A stretch of DNA of 64,000 nucleotides from an uncultured Acidobacteriaceae bacterium (lineage in GTDB: Bacteria; Acidobacteriota; Terriglobia; Terriglobales; Acidobacteriaceae), in assembly GCA_963837665.1 (NCBI GenBank), contig CAWIOA010000009.1, positions 285,661-349,660 of the forward strand. Direction: 5' to 3'. Made by a program: the position numbers and the translations under genes. Shown here in pieces: positions 25,475 through 34,101 of the stretch. Positions within the stretch are counted from its first letter, which is position 1. Each line of letters opens with the position of its first letter. Below the pieces are notes generated by a model, which was not told the DNA's origin, did no database searches, and was given only the letters and a program-made list of their open reading frames with translations.

Positions 25475-27353
25475 GTGTGCCGAACATGTTCGACAGCTAG
25501 GGGGTGAAAGTCCCCTGCCCAACCTGGTGGAGGTGAAGGGCTAGAGAAGCGCAAGGGCGTCGTCGCGAGGCGGGGTCTGAAAGAAGCGTGGATCAAAGGC
25601 GCGAGCCGATGGACAAGAACCGGATAACGAGGCCTACGGTGTGGGGCGAGTTGGCAAAGGACAGCGAAGCCCGTGTCCACCAAGCACACTGGTGGTAAAT
25701 CCGGCGGTTGCGCGTCGAAGGCGGTCGAACTTACTTCGGGAGACCCGCCGCATGTCACGGAATCGTGACTGAGGATGGAGCGATTCATCCTGACCGTGGG
25801 GCGGGAGTCAGCAGCGGGCATAGTAGGCCGCGAGGTCGAAGGCCCAAACAGCCAGGAGCGGCGAGTAGGACGCAGGACTCGATGAACGACAAGCGGCAGA
25901 AAAACCAGCTACAGATGGCGCTGGCCTTTACCGGGGAGGGGAGGAGTGAAGCTCCAAGGGCTCCGCGGGAAGGGACCGAATCGTTCACGGCGAAGTGCGA
26001 AACCGAAAGTCCGGCTGGAGAAGAGCAACTGATGGAAGAGGTCTGCGGGCGGGAAAACTGTCAGCGGGCTTTACGACGAGTGAAGGCCAACAAGGGCAGT
26101 CCGGGAATCGACGACATGAAAGTGTCGGAGTTGCCGGGCTACCTGAAGCAGCACTGGCCAGCGATTCGGGAACAACTGTTGAGCGGGACTTATCAACCGC
26201 AACCGGTGCGGCGAGTGGAAATAGCCAAACCGGACGGAGGGATGCGCAAGCTGGGCATTCCGACGGTGTTGGATCGGTTTATTCAGCAGGCGGTGATGCA
26301 GGTTCTGCAAGTCAGATGGGACCCGACGTTTTCCGAACATAGTCACGGGTTTCGTCCGCAACGTTCGGCGCATCAGGCGGTGGCCAAGGCGCAGCAGTAT
26401 ATCGCCGAGGGCAACCGCTGGGTGGTGGATCTCGATCTGGAAAAGTTCTTTGATCGAGTGAATCACGACAAACTGATGGCGGCGATCGCGCGGCGGGTGA
26501 GCGACAAGAGGATGCTCAAGCTGATCCGAGCTTTTCTGGAGTCGGGCGTGATGGAGAACGGGTTGGTGAGTTCGGTGGAGGAAGGAACTCCGCAAGGAGG
26601 ACCTCTGTCACCGCTGCTGTCGAATCTCGTGCTCGACGAACTCGACCGGGAGTTGGAGCGACGTAAGCACCGTTTCGTGCGCTACGCGGATGATTGCAAT
26701 ATCTACGTGGCCAGCGAGCGGGCGGGGAAGCGAGTCATGCAAAGCGTGACCGGTTTCCTGCGGCGGCGACTCAAGCTCAAGGTGAATGAGGCGAAGAGCG
26801 CGGTGGCGCGACCGCAGGAGCGCAAGTTCCTGGGCTTCAGCTTTACCGGCAGGAGAGAACCGAAACGGCGCATCGCGCCTAAGGCTCTCGACCGCTGTAA
26901 GCGAAAAGTACGGGAACTCACGCGACGAACACGGGGCATCAGTCTGGAACAGATGATGAAGCAACTCGCCACCTATTTACGTGGCTGGAAGAGTTACTTC
27001 GGCTTCAGCCAGACGCCCTCGGTGCTGCGTAGGCTGGAGGAATGGATGCGACGCAGGTTGCGATCCGTGATCTGGAAGCAATGGAAGCGCAGCAAGGTGC
27101 GGTATGTGAAGCTGCGCCAGCGGAACATCGGACATGCCCTCGCGGCACAAACCGCCGGCAGTCCCTATGGACCATGGCGTCTGGCCAACAGCCCGGCCCT
27201 GTCGTCTGCGTTTCCGATTGCTTACTTCGACGTGCTCGGTCTTCCTCGCTTGTTGGACGTGCTCTAGCTTAACCGAACTGAACCGCCGTATGCGGACCCG
27301 CATGTACGGTGGTGTGGCAGGGGAGGAGAGGTGACTCTCCCCCCTATGCCGAT
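25475..27353 (+). mobile_element. Group II intron, copy 1 (1879 nt, IIC-like)
   Basis: Limits were defined by where the two copies start and stop being identical. 5' GTGTG, 3' ...GAT. Domain V is at 27283-27312 (ccgccgtatgcg-gacc-cgcatgtacggtgg with a 2-nt bulge), followed by a domain VI hairpin. Encodes an RT/maturase in domain IV. Confidence 0.9.
25882..27267 (+). CDS. Group II intron reverse transcriptase/maturase (no endonuclease domain evident)
   Basis: Start at ATG 25882 (MNDKRQKN). RT motifs GSPGIDDM, RRVEIAKPDGGMRKLGIPTVLDRFIQQA, GTPQGGPLSPLLSN, VRYADDCNIY (YADD). Maturase X region LRGWKSYFGF. No HNH/Zn motif at the C-terminus. Confidence 0.95.
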   Translation: MNDKRQKNQLQMALAFTGEGRSEAPRAPREGTESFTAKCETESPAGEEQLMEEVCGRENCQRALRRVKANKGSPGIDDMKVSELPGYLKQHWPAIREQLLSGTYQPQPVRRVEIAKPDGGMRKLGIPTVLDRFIQQAVMQVLQVRWDPTFSEHSHGFRPQRSAHQAVAKAQQYIAEGNRWVVDLDLEKFFDRVNHDKLMAAIARRVSDKRMLKLIRAFLESGVMENGLVSSVEEGTPQGGPLSPLLSNLVLDELDRELERRKHRFVRYADDCNIYVASERAGKRVMQSVTGFLRRRLKLKVNEAKSAVARPQERKFLGFSFTGRREPKRRIAPKALDRCKRKVRELTRRTRGISLEQMMKQLATYLRGWKSYFGFSQTPSVLRRLEEWMRRRLRSVIWKQWKRSKVRYVKLRQRNIGHALAAQTAGSPYGPWRLANSPALSSAFPIAYFDVLGLPRLLDVL

Positions 27354-30281
27354 TTCTTTAATTACGAAGGCCAACGGCAATCGAAACAAGAGAGCGCGCT
27401 ACGGAATATCCCCACCCCGTCGCTGGCCGATGGAATCCTTCAGTATGAATGCGACGATGCGGGCGAATGTCCCGGCGGCAGCGCCACGGGCATAAGCGGC
27501 AACAGCTACCCAGTCCAGCCCGGCTACTACGCGCTGACTAACACAGACCTCATGCAGATGGATCCGGCTCACATTGGGCCGAACCAGGCGGCGCTTGGTT
27601 ACTTTGGCATATTTCCAAAGGCTAACGACTTCACGGTAGGCAATGGCGTGAACTTCGCCGGGTATCGCTTTGCTGCCCCAACGAAGTTTTCCAATAACTG
27701 GTTCATTGGCCGACTGGACTACGAACTGACTCGAAACGGCAACCATACGCTTTTCCTGCGCGGTGCAGCCCGCAATGATCGCTTTTCCGACACGCCGTTT
27801 CTTCCTGGCACAGCGCCAGAGGATGGGTCGGTGGACGTCAGCAAGGGGTTTGTCTTGGGCTACACGGGTGTTTTCGGACCGCATTGGGTCAACAACGTGC
27901 GCTATGGCCTCACCCACCAGAGCATCGCAACCGCGGGCGATTCCGGCCAACCGTGGATTCTCATGCGGGGGCTAGACGAGCCGAACCTCTATGGGGGTGC
28001 GTTTACCGCGCCGGTGCACAATCTGGTGGACACCGCCTCCTGGAACAAGGGAACGCACAACTTCCAGTTTGGCGCGAACCTGCTGTTCATCCGCCGAAAC
28101 AGCTTCAGTACCTACAACTCTTTCAGCGACGGAATTACGAACTCCGACTACCTCTTCTCCGGCGGCTTTGCCAACAAGAACTCGCCTCTCGATCCCACCT
28201 ACGGCTGCGCTTCTTCCGGCCCCTGCTTTCCGGCAGTTTCCGGCGATTTCAACAACGGCTATGACTTTCCCATGGCGGCGCTGATGGGCATCGTCAGCGA
28301 AGTGGATGCCCGCTACAACTACAAGGTCGCTAACCTGACTACCGCCACCCCGATCGGGCAGGGGCTTCCGATCACGCGCCACTGGGCAACCGACACCTAC
28401 AACCTGTTCTTCCAGGATACATGGCATGCGCGGCCCAACTTAACGGTGACCTACGGCTTGAATTATCAACTGATGATGCCCATCACCGAAACCGCAGGGC
28501 AGCAAGTGACGCCGTCGGTAAATATGGGCGCATGGTTCAACCAGCGCGCCCTTAACGCCAGCAAAGGCATCCCCTCGAACCAGGATGCGCCGATCGCGTT
28601 CGCACCTTCCGGTTCGGTTTATGGCAGGAGCGGTTTGTATTCTGCACAAACCAAGAATTTCGCTCCGCGCGTAGGAGTCTCCTGGACGCCACACTCCAGT
28701 TGGGGATGGCTAAAGGAGATGCTGGGCGAGGACAAGACGGTGGTTCGCGCCGGGGCCGGAATGTACTACGACAACTTCGGTCCGGCGCTGGCGATGAACT
28801 ACGACGCGAACGGTACGTTTGGCCTTTCGAGCGTGCTCTCGAATCCGGCCGCCACGTTGACCCTCAACGACGCTCCTCGCATGACCAGCATGAATGTGAT
28901 CCCAACCACTGACAATTCCGGTAACCCCATCATGCTGCCCCCCCCGCCCTCTACATTCCCGGTTACCTTTCCGCAGGGCGCCGAGGCGATTGCGTCAGGG
29001 ATTGACCAATCTATAAAGACTCCCTACTCCTACGCTCTGGATTTGTCGATCCAGCGGCAGTTACCGGGACGGATGACTCTGGACGTAGCATACGTCGGGC
29101 ACTTCGGTCATAGATTGCTCGCTTTGGACGATGTCGCCGCCCCGCTCAACCTGAAAGACCCGAAATCGGGAATCGACTACTTCACCGCAGCAAAGCAAAT
29201 GTCGAAGCTGTGGCGCGCCGGCACTCCCGAGAGCAGCATCACGCCTGCGGTGGTCGGGCCGACGGCACAATACTGGCAGAACATACTGTCGACACCGTCC
29301 AATGGGCAATACTCGCTTTGCTCGACCGGAGGGACGACACCCAACCTGTTGATCGCTACCTACGACGCTTTCAGCCCTGGCTGCGGCAGCCTCTACAACG
29401 AGACCACCGCACCCTGGATCATGGACTTGTACGGTATCCCGAGCACACCTGTAACGGGGCCGAACAGCTTCTACAACAGCCAGTACTCGTCACTATGGGA
29501 CTGGCGCTCGATCGGCTACTCGAACTACAACGCCCTGCAGGTTGGTCTGCACCGGCAGATGTCCCATGGAGTCCTGTTCGGGCTTAACTACACTTACAGC
29601 AAGTCTAACGACATCGCGTCGCAGGCAGAACGCGGCATCCACTATCTTACGGACAGCATCATTAATCCATGGTCCCCCAATCAAATGTACGGTCCCAGCG
29701 ATTTCGATTTGCGGCACCAGATCAACGGCTTCTGGGTGGTGGAGTTGCCCTTTGGCCGAGGTAAACGAATCGGTGGGGACGTCAGCAAACTGGCCGACGC
29801 CCTGATCGGCGGCTGGCAACTTGGCGGGACCGCGCGCGTCACCTCGGGATACACAACCAGCGTGTTCATGGGCTACGTCTGGCCGACCAACTGGGATGAA
29901 ATGGGATGGGCGGATTTGACCGGCAAACCCATCAAGACGGGGACGACGATGGTCAATGGAACGCCCAATATATTCAAGAATCCCACCCAGGCGAGCGCGG
30001 GTTTCGATTATGCCTATCCGGGCGAAAGCGGCTCCCGTAATCCTATTCGCGGCGATGGTTACTTAGGCGTGGACATGAACCTGGCGAAGACCTGGAAGAT
30101 GCCCTTTGCGGAAAATCAGAAACTGCAATTGCGCTGGAGCGTTTTCAACGTGACCAATACCGCTCGATTCGACGCCTACTCGATGCAGGACGAGGTGGAT
30201 TCCGGGAGCACGTTCGGGAACTACACCCAAACGCTGACTCACCCACGTACGATGGAGATCGCTTTGACTTATCAATTCTGA
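27354..30281 (+). CDS. TonB-dependent receptor, exon 2
   Basis: In frame with exon 1 after removal of 25475-27353. Begins FFNYEGQRQ and ends with beta-barrel terminal ...IALTYQF. The joined product is 1288 aa. Confidence 0.85.
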   Translation, partial: FFNYEGQRQSKQESALRNIPTPSLADGILQYECDDAGECPGGSATGISGNSYPVQPGYYALTNTDLMQMDPAHIGPNQAALGYFGIFPKANDFTVGNGVNFAGYRFAAPTKFSNNWFIGRLDYELTRNGNHTLFLRGAARNDRFSDTPFLPGTAPEDGSVDVSKGFVLGYTGVFGPHWVNNVRYGLTHQSIATAGDSGQPWILMRGLDEPNLYGGAFTAPVHNLVDTASWNKGTHNFQFGANLLFIRRNSFSTYNSFSDGITNSDYLFSGGFANKNSPLDPTYGCASSGPCFPAVSGDFNNGYDFPMAALMGIVSEVDARYNYKVANLTTATPIGQGLPITRHWATDTYNLFFQDTWHARPNLTVTYGLNYQLMMPITETAGQQVTPSVNMGAWFNQRALNASKGIPSNQDAPIAFAPSGSVYGRSGLYSAQTKNFAPRVGVSWTPHSSWGWLKEMLGEDKTVVRAGAGMYYDNFGPALAMNYDANGTFGLSSVLSNPAATLTLNDAPRMTSMNVIPTTDNSGNPIMLPPPPSTFPVTFPQGAEAIASGIDQSIKTPYSYALDLSIQRQLPGRMTLDVAYVGHFGHRLLALDDVAAPLNLKDPKSGIDYFTAAKQMSKLWRAGTPESSITPAVVGPTAQYWQNILSTPSNGQYSLCSTGGTTPNLLIATYDAFSPGCGSLYNETTAPWIMDLYGIPSTPVTGPNSFYNSQYSSLWDWRSIGYSNYNALQVGLHRQMSHGVLFGLNYTYSKSNDIASQAERGIHYLTDSIINPWSPNQMYGPSDFDLRHQINGFWVVELPFGRGKRIGGDVSKLADALIGGWQLGGTARVTSGYTTSVFMGYVWPTNWDEMGWADLTGKPIKTGTTMVNGTPNIFKNPTQASAGFDYAYPGESGSRNPIRGDGYLGVDMNLAKTWKMPFAENQKLQLRWSVFNVTNTARFDAYSMQDEVDSGSTFGNYTQTLTHPRTMEIALTYQF

Positions 30282-30412
30282 TACTGCAGATCGACTCGAA
30301 CTTGCAGGACGGCCCGGCTAAGCAGGCAGGCCGCCCTGGGTTCGGGCGATGTCAACTTACACCCTCCCCCACTTGAAGGCTCATTCCCACGTACGTTGAA
30401 AGGAGTGAGTGA

Positions 30413-31345
30413 GTGAAGACCGGAAAACACAAGGCGGCGCAGGACGTTCGCCGTCTGCGCACCGAGCAAGCGCACGACGGGGCCACGAATCTTGATCAGA
30501 AGTCAGCGATCGAGATCGCTCGCCTGATCAACGCTGAAGACGCGACGGTAGCTGCCGCGGTACGAAGCGCGTTGCCGCAGATCGCGCGCGCCATTGACCT
30601 GGTCGCTGCCGCCCTTCGCCAGGGCGGCCGCCTGATTTACGTTGGCGCCGGCACCAGCGGCCGCATCGGCGCCCTGGATGCTTCTGAATGCGCGCCCACC
30701 TTTGATCTTTCACCACGCACCGTTCAGGCCATCATCGCGGGAGGTCCGAAAGCCCTGGCGACGTCCGCTGAATCTCGTGAAGATGACACCAAACTGGGAC
30801 GCGCCGAGATGGCCCGACGGAAGCCCGGCAAGAGGGATGTCGTTATCGGCATCGCCTCCAGCGGACGCACTCCTTTCACCGTAGCCGCCATCGAATACGC
30901 GCGCCGCCGCGGCGCGAAGACCATCGCCCTCACCTGCAACCCTGACTCGCCGCTCGAGCGCGCGGCTGGCTTTGCCATCGTCACCGACGTTGGTCCTGAG
31001 ATTCTGGCTGGATCGTCACGCATGAAAGCCGGCACGGCACACAAGATGGTGCTGAACATAATCTCTACCGGCGCGATGACGCGGCTGGGCTATGTCTATG
31101 GCAATCTGATGGTCAAGGTATCGCCGAGGAATGAGAAACTGGTGCAGCGCGTGGTTGGAATCTTGGAGCGCGCCACGGGAGCCGACCATGAAACTGCCCG
31201 CCGTACGTTGGAGGCTTCGGGCAATCGCACACCAGTCGCCGTCGTAATGCTGGCTGCCGGGGTCTCCCGCGCCAAGGCTGCTGCCGCCCTGAAGAAATCC
31301 CGTGGTCACGTGCGCCAAGCTATCGCGATCGCAAGCCCGAAGTGA
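30413..31345 (+). CDS. murQ: N-acetylmuramic acid 6-phosphate etherase
   Basis: SIS-domain protein. LRTEQ......LD.KS..EI..LIN.ED..V, GRLIYVGAGTSGRIG.LDASECAPTF, GIASSGRTP, SRMKAGTA.K..LN motifs. GTG start with an AAAGGAG RBS. Confidence 0.9.
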   Translation: MKTGKHKAAQDVRRLRTEQAHDGATNLDQKSAIEIARLINAEDATVAAAVRSALPQIARAIDLVAAALRQGGRLIYVGAGTSGRIGALDASECAPTFDLSPRTVQAIIAGGPKALATSAESREDDTKLGRAEMARRKPGKRDVVIGIASSGRTPFTVAAIEYARRRGAKTIALTCNPDSPLERAAGFAIVTDVGPEILAGSSRMKAGTAHKMVLNIISTGAMTRLGYVYGNLMVKVSPRNEKLVQRVVGILERATGADHETARRTLEASGNRTPVAVVMLAAGVSRAKAAAALKKSRGHVRQAIAIASPK

Positions 31346-31382
31346 GGGTGGCGCCGGTGCGACACGCGATTGCGAGACGCTG

Positions 31383-32504
31383 TTAGAGCGGTTGTACTCC
31401 CAGTCCCGGTCCCTCGGGCAGAATAAGCTTGCCCTTTTGCACGGTAACGCCGCGGTAGGGATCGTTCGCGATCAAAATGTTTCCATCCAGATCCGCGTAG
31501 TCCACGAGCGGCGAAAGATGCGCTGCCGCCGTGACACTGACCGAACTGGCAATCATGCAGCCGATCATGGTTTTCATCCCCAGCGACTTGGCCACATAAA
31601 TCATGCGCAGAGCTTCCTGGATGCCTCCACACTTGTCGAGTTTGACGTTGATTCCGTCATAGGCATCGACGAGTTTGGGGATGGCGCGCGCATTCACGGC
31701 TGCTTCATCGGCGATAATCGGCAAATGCACGCGGCTTCTCACCCATCGTGTTTCTTCGAGCATATCCGCGGGCATCGGTTGCTCGATGAACTCCACGCCT
31801 TGCGATTCGAGCCAGTTGATCTTGCGGACGGCCTCTTCTTTGTCTTTCCACCCTTCGTTGGCATCTACGCGCAGTGGCTTTTTGGTTACGCTGCGTACTG
31901 CCTCGATGGTGGGTTCATCGGTGGTTAGACCTACTTTGATCTTGAGGACCGGATACGCCTCCGCTTCGAGGACTTTCTGCCGCGTGATTTCGGGCGTATC
32001 GATTCCGATGGAGAATGTGGTAACCGGTGCGTCGGCCGCGTCGAGACCGAGAAAGCGGTAGAGGGGGACGTTCAGTTTCTTGCCGACCCAATCCATGAGG
32101 GCGATATCGAGAGCGGCTTTGGCGGCGAATTGCCCTTCGACTCGCGCGCGGACCTGGGCCATGAGCTTTTCGAACTGCCATGGGTTCGCGCTCGCCAGGA
32201 AAGGAAGAATCGACTCAATCGCTTTTCGACCGTCCTCTGCGTTTTCGTGGTAACGCACGATGGGCGCGCCTTCACCGAATCCAGTCACGCCGCCACAGTT
32301 AAGGCGGACGTGGATGGTGTCACGGTAGGCGCTGGACGACATCGTCGTCGTCCAGGTGTGGCGAAGGTTGAGGCGCACGACCCTGGCCTCCCACTTGCAG
32401 TCCGCCGGAGACTCTTCCGCGAAGGCTGGCAACGATGCGAAATTCGCGGCCATGCAACCCACGCCAAGAGTTCCGGTAGCCTGGAGCCACTTTCGCCGGT
32501 TCAT
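31383..32504 (-). CDS. Enolase-superfamily dipeptide epimerase (L-Ala-D/L-Glu epimerase-like) with twin-arginine signal peptide
   Basis: Start at ATG 32504 (MNRRKWLQATGTLGVGCMAANFASLPAFA). MR/MLE-type motifs KIKVG, RVDANEGW, EQP, DE...... and KLDKCGG. The ATG overlaps the stop of the upstream NlpC/P60 gene (ATGA). Confidence 0.78.
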   Translation of the reverse strand: MNRRKWLQATGTLGVGCMAANFASLPAFAEESPADCKWEARVVRLNLRHTWTTTMSSSAYRDTIHVRLNCGGVTGFGEGAPIVRYHENAEDGRKAIESILPFLASANPWQFEKLMAQVRARVEGQFAAKAALDIALMDWVGKKLNVPLYRFLGLDAADAPVTTFSIGIDTPEITRQKVLEAEAYPVLKIKVGLTTDEPTIEAVRSVTKKPLRVDANEGWKDKEEAVRKINWLESQGVEFIEQPMPADMLEETRWVRSRVHLPIIADEAAVNARAIPKLVDAYDGINVKLDKCGGIQEALRMIYVAKSLGMKTMIGCMIASSVSVTAAAHLSPLVDYADLDGNILIANDPYRGVTVQKGKLILPEGPGLGVQPL

Positions 32505-33397
32505 TTGACCCTCTTGCAGGCGACCAGCAGGCGCGTCCACGGATCGTCATCCAGGCGGCTGATCTGCGTCACCGGATGGCTGTTGGTGGTGGTGTGGATG
32601 AATTGTCCTTCTCCGATGTAGAGGCCGGTGTGCGTGATCTTGTCGGCGGCCTGTCCAAAAAAGAGCAGGTCGCCGGGCCGGAGATCCTTACGATCGACCG
32701 CCACAACTCCGTCCCATGCCGCCTGAAGATCCGCGTCACGAGGCATGTTGAAGCCACGGCTGCGCACCAGCATCTGGGTGAACCCCGAGCAGTCGTACCC
32801 GTAACTGGAGCGTCCGCCCCACAGATAAGGCAGGCCGAGGAACCGTTTAGCCAGGTCAATCGACTGGGCTATGGTCAGGGGTTGCGGATCGCGATTGACA
32901 TCTCCGTTTTGGATCCACGCGGTGCGCTGGTCGGGCAAACGCACCTGCAGCCATCCAGCGTCGTCTCCTTTCCCCTCGGCCACGACCTCCAGGCGCGTTT
33001 CAAAAGGGACGGTGAGGACAGGCTTGCGCGAGGTAACGTCGGTTACGCCATACAGGTTGGCAAACAAGGCCTCGACCTGCACCACCGATCCTGACTTGGC
33101 ATAGGCTCCGGATTCGCCCAGCTTGCGGAGAGTATCACCGGCCATCCAGCCCGAGTACTGGTCAGCGGTACGGACTCTTGCCCAATTGTCCCGGACTTCG
33201 AGCGTAACCACATTGCTGCCGATAATGGCTTGTGAGACTACATCAGAGTTTTCGGTTGCAGCGGAATACATGTTGGCAACCGGAACCACCACGACACGGT
33301 CCGGGACGGCGGTCTGCCCAGAGGAGGCGTTCCTGAGAAATAAGGCTAATGTGATTGCGAAGAATACCTGTATGCAACGATTGTTTCGGTAGCGCAT
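32501..33397 (-). CDS. NlpC/P60 peptidase with N-terminal SH3b-like domains (YkfC-like gamma-D-glutamyl-L-diamino-acid endopeptidase)
   Basis: GLPYLWGGRSSYGYDCSGFTQMLV (catalytic Cys), GDLLFF, ITHTGLYIG.GQFIHT (His). Preceded by two SH3b-like segments and a signal peptide. The start is 33397 or 33436. Confidence 0.85.
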   Translation of the reverse strand: MRYRNNRCIQVFFAITLALFLRNASSGQTAVPDRVVVVPVANMYSAATENSDVVSQAIIGSNVVTLEVRDNWARVRTADQYSGWMAGDTLRKLGESGAYAKSGSVVQVEALFANLYGVTDVTSRKPVLTVPFETRLEVVAEGKGDDAGWLQVRLPDQRTAWIQNGDVNRDPQPLTIAQSIDLAKRFLGLPYLWGGRSSYGYDCSGFTQMLVRSRGFNMPRDADLQAAWDGVVAVDRKDLRPGDLLFFGQAADKITHTGLYIGEGQFIHTTTNSHPVTQISRLDDDPWTRLLVACKRVK

Positions 33398-33454
33398 GAT
33401 GAATACCCCGAAGAGCCTTCTTGACAAACAGAGCATCTTAGCACTGGACAGACT

Positions 33455-33470
33455 AGTTGTCTATACAACT
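33455..33470. promoter_or_regulatory. Second putative GntR/HutC operator AGTTGTCTATACAACT
   Basis: Differs from the 23703-23718 palindrome at one position. The flanking ct...g bases are also shared. It lies just upstream of the minus-strand NlpC/P60-epimerase operon. Confidence 0.6.
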
Positions 33471-33657
33471 GATGAATGAGTTTAACCTCTCCCGGGTAGA
33501 GAGCACGGGCAGGGCGCAGCCAGCGACATGCAGGGCCAGTGCAGAAGTGTGGACCACAAGAATCATGATCCAGAGGGTAACTTGAGCACTAACACTTAGG
33601 TAACGTCGTCATTCAGACCGGACGCAACTAATCTTGCGGCTGAGGGTTTCTATCGAC

Positions 33658-34038
33658 ATGAACAATAAATTCACCAACTCGCTGTTAATCCTGGCAGTCG
33701 GGGCCCTGATGATCGCCGGTTCCGCCGCTGCTCAAACCTCCACCAACACTTCGGGCGCGGGTCCTGGCGTGGTCGATCCCGGCCATCCGCGGGTCAATGA
33801 AGTCAATCGCCGCGAAGGCAACCAGCAGCAGCGCATTGGCAACGGCATTAAGAGCGGGAAATTGAGCTCGCAGCAGACGACGAACCTGGAAAAGCGCGAG
33901 ACCAGCGTGCAGAACCGTGAACAGAAAGACATGGCGGCGCACAACGGACATCTCACCAAGTCCGAGCAGAAGGGAATCAATCGCCAGCAGAACCGGATCA
34001 GCAAGAGTATCTACAAAGACAAGCACCCCAAGCAGTAA
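33658..34038 (+). CDS. Hypothetical small secreted protein, Gln/Asn/Lys-rich
   Basis: 126 aa from ATG 33658. Signal peptide MNNKFTNSLLILAVGALMIAGSAAAQ, followed by a good terminator. No family recognised. Confidence 0.5.
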   Translation: MNNKFTNSLLILAVGALMIAGSAAAQTSTNTSGAGPGVVDPGHPRVNEVNRREGNQQQRIGNGIKSGKLSSQQTTNLEKRETSVQNREQKDMAAHNGHLTKSEQKGINRQQNRISKSIYKDKHPKQ

Positions 34039-34073
34039 TCCGGCGAGAGAGCACAAGAGTGAAGCTAGGGACA

Positions 34074-34101
34074 GCCGCAGCGTTGCTGCGGCGTTTTCTT
34101 T
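34074..34101 (+). terminator. Rho-independent terminator (also the insertion site of intron copy 2)
   Basis: gccgcagc-gtt-gctgcggc (8-bp stem) followed by gttttcttt. The intron begins at the next base. Confidence 0.75.

Noticed and set aside
24515-25522. 335-aa minus-strand ORF over receptor exon 1 and the intron 5' end
   Set aside because: It is antisense to a well-supported TonB receptor N-terminus, and it crosses the exon/intron boundary without regard to it.
25708-27267. Reverse transcriptase as a retron, DGR or defence-associated RT
   Set aside because: The RT sits inside a 1879-nt unit with GTGTG...AT ends, a domain V/VI pair and a maturase X domain, and it is present in two identical copies. 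This is a group II intron IEP. There are no msr/msd-like repeats, no TR/VR pair and no effector gene.
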